A DNA stretch of 64,000 nucleotides from an uncultured Actinomycetota bacterium. Lineage in GTDB: Bacteria; Actinomycetota; Actinomycetes; Actinomycetales; Dermatophilaceae. The notes under the pieces were generated by a model. That model searched no databases. It worked only from the letters and a program-made list of their open reading frames with translations, and was not told the origin of the DNA. The stretch is from assembly GCA_963843895.1 (NCBI GenBank), contig CAWJME010000004.1, positions 628 to 64,627 on the forward strand, given 5' to 3'. This document shows positions 58,308 to 64,000 of the stretch, piece by piece (the stretch's first letter is position 1; every line of letters begins with the position of its first letter). The position numbers and the translations under genes were made by a program.

Positions 58308-61300
58308 GGGGTGGCCTGGGCGGCGCCGGCGTCGTACCGGGTTCCGGTGGGTCGGGGGGCTCCGTGCAGGTCCGTCGGGGGAGCGGTGACGAACACGGGG
58401 CTGGTCCCGTAGGCGACCGCCATCCGCTGTGTCCCGATGCCGATGGCCGGGGACCCCGGCGCGAGGTCGACGTTCCCCAGGAGGCTGTACGGCAGCACGG
58501 GGGTGACGATCGCGGCTTGTCGGAACGCGGGGAACTGCCGCGAGGCGAGGACGTTCACGGCGATCTGGAAGTCCTGGCGGACGCCCACCGCGTTGACCGA
58601 GTCGGGCCCCTGGACGTTGCCCGAGCCGACCGTGTCCGTCGCGTTCTGGTACCACGTGCTGTTCATCTGCAGCTGCAGCCCGTGGGGGTTGTCGGCGACT
58701 CCGACGTCCCACCGGTTGGCGTCGGCATCGGTGATGCCGCTCTCGAGGCCGCCGTAGTAGGTACCGGCGTAGTTGTCCGAGAAGACGTTGTCGAACATCG
58801 TCGGGCTGGCCACGGCGGTGCCGTCGTGCAGCATCGTCGCGAAGCCGGGCTGGCTCGCGAGCCGGGCGATGAGCGGGTCGCTCAGGGTCCCGGTCGAGAG
58901 GCCGGCCGGTGCCGGGAGGCCGTTGCTCGTCAGGGCTGTCGCCGTCGTGATGTTGCGGACGACGGTGTTGTCGACGATGTTCACGAAGGCCGCGTCGTCG
59001 AGCGCGATGCCGCCACCCTCGTGGGCCGACACGTTGTTCGCGATGTCGTTGTTCGTGATGCCGATCGTGTCGGTGACGACCTGGTTCGCGGGGCACGTGG
59101 TGACACCGCGTCGCGTGGTGCAGTTCGGGGTGGCGACGTGCGAGCCGGACGTCTGGAGCAGCCGGATCCCGCCGCCGTCGTCGTTCGCGAGGTTGGCCTG
59201 GATGACGTTGGCGTCGATGGAGACCGGACCGCTGCCGGCGCTCAGCGCGTCGGGGGTGGCGGGCAGCTCACCGGCGACCATGATGGCGCCGCCCTCGTCG
59301 TAGGACTGGTTGAACCAGATCCGGTTGTGGTCGATGGAGTTCTTCGCACCGAACGTCGCGTTCGTGTTCTGGTAGCCGAAGGACGTGATCGCGCCGCCGT
59401 ACTCGGAGGAGTGGTTGCCGCAGATGGCGTTGTGGTCGACCGAATACCCGTCGGACCCGGTGAAGAGCCCGATGCCGCCCGCGAGGTTGGTGCCACCGTT
59501 GTCGCGGATCTGGTCGTGCGAGATCACCGCGCCGTAGTTCTGGTTGTTCCCGACGTACGGCGTCCCGATCCGGATGGCGCCGCCGAACGAGCCGCTGTTG
59601 CCGTCGAAGACGTCGTTGGTCAGGTGCAGGCCCTGGACCTGCTGGTGGGCGTAGACTCCGCCGCCCTGGGTGACGAGCGAGCCTCCGGCGCCGACCGGGG
59701 TCGAGACGGCCCCGGTGACCGCGTTGGCGGCCGTGGCGATGTTGGCCTGCGAGCCGTTGCGGATGCGCAGGCCGTCGAGCGCGACCGGCCAGACCTGGTT
59801 GGGCGACCCCGTCGCCGGCGGCTGGTGCGTCCCGGCCAGCGGCGCGAGGACGGTGACGTCCGCCGCGTCGGGGACCTCGGCCAGTCCTCGGTAGGCCTGG
59901 CGGTTCACCGCCGCGAGCCAGTTCGTGCCGCTCGGGAGGTCGAGGTCGAACCCGGTGCCGTCGATGATCGACCCGGCGACGAAGGTGCCGGCGTCGTCGA
60001 AGCCACCGGGCCCCACGCCCTGGATGCGCACCTGGTTGTGGACGACGATGTTCTCGTTCCAGTCACCCTGCGGGTTGCTCGCGGTCTGGGTGTTCGGCCA
60101 GACGACCACCGCGTCGTACTGGCGGTCGGCGGTGGGCCGGGCTGCGTCGAGTGCCGCCTGCACCGTCTTGTAGGCCTTCGTCGGACCGACCTCGTAGAGC
60201 CTGGGGTTGTTCTGCGTCGCCCCGGTGCCGGTGGTGTTGAGCGCGAGCAGCGACAGCGTGTTGTACGCCGCGGTCCCCGACGAGCTCTTCAGGGTCAGCT
60301 GGAGCGCGCCGGCGAGCTTCTGGTTGGCACCGTACGTCGCGGGCACCGTGAAGACGATCTTCCGGGGGCTCCACGACGTGACCGTCGCGGGGACCTCGGG
60401 CATGGAGGTGACGAGGGGGTCCTTGAGGGTGAGCGTGCCCTTCGTCGTCCCGAAGCCGTACCCGGTGAGGGTCACCGACCGGTTGGCGCCGGTGGTGCCG
60501 AGCACGTAGGGCGTGCTCACCGACAGCAGCTGGGGCGTGGTGTCCGGGAGGTTGCACACGGTGTTGTCGGCCACCGCGCCGTCCGGGGTGAGGACCGTCG
60601 CCGCCGCCTGGGTCGGCGCCTGGTCGGTCACCGTGTAGAGGCCCGGCCAGCCCTGGAAGTTGGCCGCGATGGTCCGGAACCTCGAGTTGTAGTCGGCGTT
60701 CAGCGCGCCCGGCGCACCGGGGTCGTTGCCCACCGTTCGGTACATGTTCGGGCACGGACCCGCGGGGACCGGACAGTTGTAGGTGTCGGTCGAGGGCATG
60801 AGCGCCTCGTACATCCCGTTGAAGTCGGTGTGCGCGGTGTAGTCGAGCCGCCCGGCCCAGTCGTAGAAGCCGACGGGGACGAAGGGCAGGCCCTGGGCCT
60901 CGCCGTAGCCGATCGAGCGGGTGTCGAGGGTGAGCCCGAGGTCGTTGATCGTCAGGCCCCAGAAGTGGGTCGGGACCGGGACCTCGGTGAAGAGGTTGAA
61001 GTTCGGCGCCACGGTCTGGCCGGAGCGCACCGTCACGAGCTTGTCGGCGCACGACGGCATGTCGTAGCCCTCGAACGGTGAGCCACCGGCGGCGTTGAAG
61101 TCCGGGTTGTAGGTACCGGGGACGGGGTCCCTCGGGTCGTCGAGCGGCAGGCTGCGCACGTGGACGGTGTGCAGCGGGCCGACGCAGGAGGAGATGATGC
61201 CGGCCTGCTGCGACGGCGGCTGCGAGGGGGGAGTGGGGGTGGCGGACGGCGGGTCGGCCGGGTTGTCGGCAGCCGCCTGCGTGGACGGCGGGAAGTTCTC

Positions 61301-63760
61301 CTGCGGCAGGTAGGTGTCACCGGTGAAGACGTTGACGTCCTCCTCGGAGGTCACCTTGTACATCGGGCGGTCGCCGACCGGGGTCCTGGGGATGTCGACG
61401 CTCACGATGTAGTCGCCGGCGGCCATCCCGCTGAACCCGTAGTTGCCGTTGACCGACTGCGCGCCCGAGGTGTCGTTGACGCCGGCCTGGAAGCCCATCA
61501 TCGGCGACTCGACGCACGCCTGGTTGGCGTCCACCCCGAACTCCGGGAGGGCCTGCTGGATGCTGGAGTCGAGGACCGACCCGTCCCACTGCCGGCCGGT
61601 GCACCCGCGGGGGGCGCCCCAGGTCTCGGAGGTGTAGGCGTCGGTGACCTCGGGGCCCTTGACGAACGCACCGCGTTGCGGGTCGGGGTTGGTCGCGCCG
61701 TTCACCGTCAGCGGCACGATCTCCTTGCCCTGCCGGCACTCGTTGGCGACGTCGACGGCGTAGGTGTCCGAGGTCTTGTCCGTGACCGCGCACGGCGTCG
61801 AGGTGAAGAGGTGGACGGTCACGCCGGGGATGCCGGGCTGGTAGGCCTCGCTCGCCGCGTCGGCGGCGTCGAGCTCGTTGCGGGTCGTGTCGTAGCTGAT
61901 CGTCGCCGCGATACCGCCGTTCTCGGTCTGGTCGTACGGCCGCACGCCCCAGTCGACGGTGCCGTGGAGCCCGATGATCGGCAGCACGTTGAGGTCGACC
62001 ATCTGGCCGAGCTGCGTGGTCGGCGTGGGGTCGTTGTCGCCCTGCCACGTGACGCCGGTCGTCGCGTAGCGGGTGTTGAAGGCCTCGAGGACCAGGTACT
62101 TGGCCATCGGGTAGCCCTCACGGATGTCGAACTCGCCCGCGTCGTTCGTCGTCACGGTGTTCGTCGCCTGGTCCATGAGTGTGTTGTCGCGCTCGCGCAG
62201 GGTGAGGGCGAAGCTCGGCACGCCCTGCTCGCCCGGGTCCCGCACGCCGTTGCCGTTGTCGTCGATGAAGACGTGGCCCGAGAAGTGCGAGAACCAGCCG
62301 ACGAGCATCTGCTGCCCGACGTCGGTGTAGCCGCCCGAGCCGCTGTGCGCCGCCGCGTCGACCTCCGCGTTGAAGCTCATGATGATGTAGTCCTGGTCGT
62401 CGTCCCAGAGGGTGACCTGGTAGCTGCCGTCGGCGACGCCGTCGATGGAGAACGTGCCGTCGGAGCGGGCCTGCGCGAGGTACACCTCCTGGTCGCCGTT
62501 GTTCAGGTCGGACAGTGCGACCCAGACGTTCTTGAGGCGGGCGCCGATCTTCGTCCCGGCGACGCCCTCGGGCCCGACGACCCCGTTCTGGCCGCCGATG
62601 TAGGGCAGGCCCTGGACGACGACGCCCTTGATGCCGCCCGGCCGGGTCGTGTCCGTCGCCGACGGGGCGAGGGCCATCGACTTCGTGAAGCCGAACTGGG
62701 TGGCCGGCACGGGCTCCTGCCCGCGCAGCTGCTCGGTGTCGAGGCCGGTGTCGCCCTCCTGGACCCAGATGTCGTGGTCGTGCCCGCCCTCGAGGGTGGT
62801 CGTCTGCACCCAGCGCCGGCCGCCGGTGAGGGCGGGGGCGGCGACCGTGGCGGCATAGCGGTTCGGGCCGAGGTTCGGGATCCTGATGACGCCGTGGGAG
62901 TCGCTGTCGCAGCCCGGAGCCTTGGTCGTGTCGACGACCGGCTTGTTGTTCGCGTCGAAGACGATCGGGCTGCCGGGGTCCGCGGGTGCGGTGTGGACGT
63001 AGTTCGTGCACAGCGCGTTCCCGTAGTAGTCGACGCTCACCGCGCCGAAGACGTCGGTGAGGTGGGCGCGGAAGTGGGACATGTCCACGCCGTTCTCGGC
63101 GTCGACCTCGTAGGTGCCGTCGACCGGCGCGTAGTCGTCGTAGACCTGGATCTGGATGGTCGCCAGCGGTAGGGGGGTCGGGTTCAGCCCGACGCTCAGG
63201 GTCTGGGTGGTGCCGTCGACGGTGAAGTGCGCGCCGTCGATCTTGTAGCCGGAGGCCTTGACCGAGATGAGGTACTTCCCACCGGGGAGGTCGAGGCTCT
63301 TGCCGGCCGCGAAGTCGCTCTGGTCGCCCTCCGCGATGATCGGGGCGAACCCGGACGTCGCCCGGGTGCTCGGCCACGGGCAGGTGTCGGCGAACGCGGG
63401 GTCGGTGGAGTGCGCCCCGGCGGCCGTCGAGGGGAGGCAGCTCGACAGGAGCGGGTCCTTGGCGGTGCCCGGGTTCCCGGTGTCGTCCGCGTTGATGATC
63501 CACTCGTAGCTCGTCACGGGGTCCCCGGCGTTCGGCTTCACCGCCTTCTTGGCCGGGTTGACGTCGCGCGCGCTGACGACGCCGAGCCGGATCGCCCCAG
63601 CGGCGTACGTCGGGGCCGTCCAGGCCGCCGGAGCGGCGGCCTGCACCGCTGCCCCCAGTGCGGATGCCCCGGCCGTACCCAGCACGGTGATCGGGACCAC
63701 GGCGACCGCCAGGACTGCTGCGAGCCGGCCGAGGGGAAGGATTCGTCGAGCCCTGCGCAT
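58304..63760 (-). CDS. giant secreted protein (1,818 aa): N-terminal Cna-B/SdrD-B/carboxypeptidase-regulatory-like beta-sandwich modules, Pro-rich linker, C-terminal right-handed parallel beta-helix region
   Basis: ATG 63760 is preceded by AGAGGGAG, in track ORF 58304..63856. Signal peptide MRRARRILPLGRLAAVLAVAVVPITVLG. FIDDNGNGVRDPGEQGV SdrD-B-like motif. Repeated GG(A/G)I(x)(x) PbH1-like turns in the last ~640 aa. Confidence 0.75.
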   Translation of the reverse strand: MRRARRILPLGRLAAVLAVAVVPITVLGTAGASALGAAVQAAAPAAWTAPTYAAGAIRLGVVSARDVNPAKKAVKPNAGDPVTSYEWIINADDTGNPGTAKDPLLSSCLPSTAAGAHSTDPAFADTCPWPSTRATSGFAPIIAEGDQSDFAAGKSLDLPGGKYLISVKASGYKIDGAHFTVDGTTQTLSVGLNPTPLPLATIQIQVYDDYAPVDGTYEVDAENGVDMSHFRAHLTDVFGAVSVDYYGNALCTNYVHTAPADPGSPIVFDANNKPVVDTTKAPGCDSDSHGVIRIPNLGPNRYAATVAAPALTGGRRWVQTTTLEGGHDHDIWVQEGDTGLDTEQLRGQEPVPATQFGFTKSMALAPSATDTTRPGGIKGVVVQGLPYIGGQNGVVGPEGVAGTKIGARLKNVWVALSDLNNGDQEVYLAQARSDGTFSIDGVADGSYQVTLWDDDQDYIIMSFNAEVDAAAHSGSGGYTDVGQQMLVGWFSHFSGHVFIDDNGNGVRDPGEQGVPSFALTLRERDNTLMDQATNTVTTNDAGEFDIREGYPMAKYLVLEAFNTRYATTGVTWQGDNDPTPTTQLGQMVDLNVLPIIGLHGTVDWGVRPYDQTENGGIAATISYDTTRNELDAADAASEAYQPGIPGVTVHLFTSTPCAVTDKTSDTYAVDVANECRQGKEIVPLTVNGATNPDPQRGAFVKGPEVTDAYTSETWGAPRGCTGRQWDGSVLDSSIQQALPEFGVDANQACVESPMMGFQAGVNDTSGAQSVNGNYGFSGMAAGDYIVSVDIPRTPVGDRPMYKVTSEEDVNVFTGDTYLPQENFPPSTQAAADNPADPPSATPTPPSQPPSQQAGIISSCVGPLHTVHVRSLPLDDPRDPVPGTYNPDFNAAGGSPFEGYDMPSCADKLVTVRSGQTVAPNFNLFTEVPVPTHFWGLTINDLGLTLDTRSIGYGEAQGLPFVPVGFYDWAGRLDYTAHTDFNGMYEALMPSTDTYNCPVPAGPCPNMYRTVGNDPGAPGALNADYNSRFRTIAANFQGWPGLYTVTDQAPTQAAATVLTPDGAVADNTVCNLPDTTPQLLSVSTPYVLGTTGANRSVTLTGYGFGTTKGTLTLKDPLVTSMPEVPATVTSWSPRKIVFTVPATYGANQKLAGALQLTLKSSSGTAAYNTLSLLALNTTGTGATQNNPRLYEVGPTKAYKTVQAALDAARPTADRQYDAVVVWPNTQTASNPQGDWNENIVVHNQVRIQGVGPGGFDDAGTFVAGSIIDGTGFDLDLPSGTNWLAAVNRQAYRGLAEVPDAADVTVLAPLAGTHQPPATGSPNQVWPVALDGLRIRNGSQANIATAANAVTGAVSTPVGAGGSLVTQGGGVYAHQQVQGLHLTNDVFDGNSGSFGGAIRIGTPYVGNNQNYGAVISHDQIRDNGGTNLAGGIGLFTGSDGYSVDHNAICGNHSSEYGGAITSFGYQNTNATFGAKNSIDHNRIWFNQSYDEGGAIMVAGELPATPDALSAGSGPVSIDANVIQANLANDDGGGIRLLQTSGSHVATPNCTTRRGVTTCPANQVVTDTIGITNNDIANNVSAHEGGGIALDDAAFVNIVDNTVVRNITTATALTSNGLPAPAGLSTGTLSDPLIARLASQPGFATMLHDGTAVASPTMFDNVFSDNYAGTYYGGLESGITDADANRWDVGVADNPHGLQLQMNSTWYQNATDTVGSGNVQGPDSVNAVGVRQDFQIAVNVLASRQFPAFRQAAIVTPVLPYSLLGNVDLAPGSPAIGIGTQRMAVAYGTSPVFVTAPPTDLHGAPRPTGTRYDAGAAQATP

Positions 63761-63870
63761 CTTGGATCTCCCTCTGCGACGACGGCATCGGCCACGTGAA
63801 TGGCCTCCACGGACCCTGCTCCGGGGAGTCGGCCGTCGAGGAGAAAGGTGGGCCATGGGTCAAGCCCCGG

Positions 63871-63930
63871 CAAGCAAAAGGCAAAAACCCACAGCAGCGC
63901 GCAACGCTGACGACAGCGGGCTGTGGGTTT
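63871..63930 (-). terminator. intrinsic terminator for a minus-strand gene lying beyond the right window edge
   Basis: Stem AAACCCACAGC / GCTGTGGGTTT (63885-63895 / 63920-63930). On the minus strand it is followed by TTTTTGCCTTTTGCTT. Confidence 0.6.
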
Positions 63931-64000
63931 GCTGTCAGGTTCCGGTGAGGTTCGGCCCCCGCGCCGTTCGGAGGCGCGCCGCCGACGGGTCTCGGGCCCC

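Noticed and set aside
50070-63760. Whole block as a standard copper-resistance island (copABCD / cus / cue)
   Set aside because: There is no P-type ATPase, CopB, metallochaperone or copper-sensing regulator in or next to the block. The CopC-CopD fusion is of the type linked to uptake. The largest genes are non-enzymatic scaffolds.
63761-63870. Promoter for the six-gene operon (a TTGACC hexamer on the minus strand near 63850) and small track ORFs 63538..63873 (-) and 63227..63799 (+)
   Set aside because: I could not pair the -35-like hexamer with a convincing -10 at proper spacing. The ORFs are short, overlap the signal-peptide region in other frames and are Arg/Pro-rich. No call made.
63931-64000. 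Possible 3' end of a minus-strand gene at the right edge
   Set aside because: Only about 22 codons are visible before the window ends, which is too little to support a call. Only its terminator is reported.

Overview
Very GC-rich sequence (by eye above 70% GC, with a strong GC3 bias in real genes). It looks like a chromosomal segment of an actinobacterium; gene order resembles the conserved Micrococcales/Mycobacterium-type core neighbourhood, which is inference from memory, not a search.

nt 1-50,000 carry mostly core genes on both strands:
- a phosphodiesterase and tdk, then sepH
- four dispersed genes of the coproporphyrin-dependent haem pathway (hemH, hemE, hemY, hemQ)
- a suhB-like gene, DUF4193, dut, DUF3710, an OB-fold gene and DUF3159, with ATGA/GTGA start-stop overlaps between several neighbours
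- two trkA genes, an APC permease, an RNA methyltransferase, acnA, cysH-sirA and dxs
- an XRE-HTH::MurA-like fusion, fadA-fadB, rnd, msrB, ligD (Pol-Lig), PPK2 and an AidB-like acyl-CoA dehydrogenase
- a tRNA Gly-Cys-Val cluster
- an ABC-2 exporter with a NarL-type two-component system whose kinase is frameshifted
- class I fba

The stand-out is nt 50,070-63,760 on the minus strand. It is a six-gene, translationally coupled envelope operon encoding a 1,818-aa secreted beta-helix protein, three paralogous two-cupredoxin-domain proteins, a small membrane-anchored protein and a CopC-CopD fusion. The eight histidines needed for a multicopper-oxidase trinuclear cluster are split between two adjacent genes, and every other cupredoxin domain in the three paralogues has lost its ligands. 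I read this as a candidate heteromeric, ceruloplasmin-like multicopper oxidase built from separate subunits. That reading is a hypothesis, not a demonstrated function.

Other points of interest:
- an AbiEi/DUF559 gene bracketed by 27-bp direct repeats and about 60-bp inverted hairpin repeats, inserted between hemQ and msrB
- an msrB reading frame with no stop codon for about 1.4 kb
- a low-GC 43-bp tandem repeat
- several perfect AT-rich palindromes in promoter regions

Limits: all family names come from motif recognition by eye. No database search, structure prediction or RNA folding was run. Start codons are chosen by hand from RBS and overlap logic and may be off by a few codons. The many long Arg/Pro/Gly-rich ORFs in the track are antisense or alternative-frame artefacts of the high GC content.
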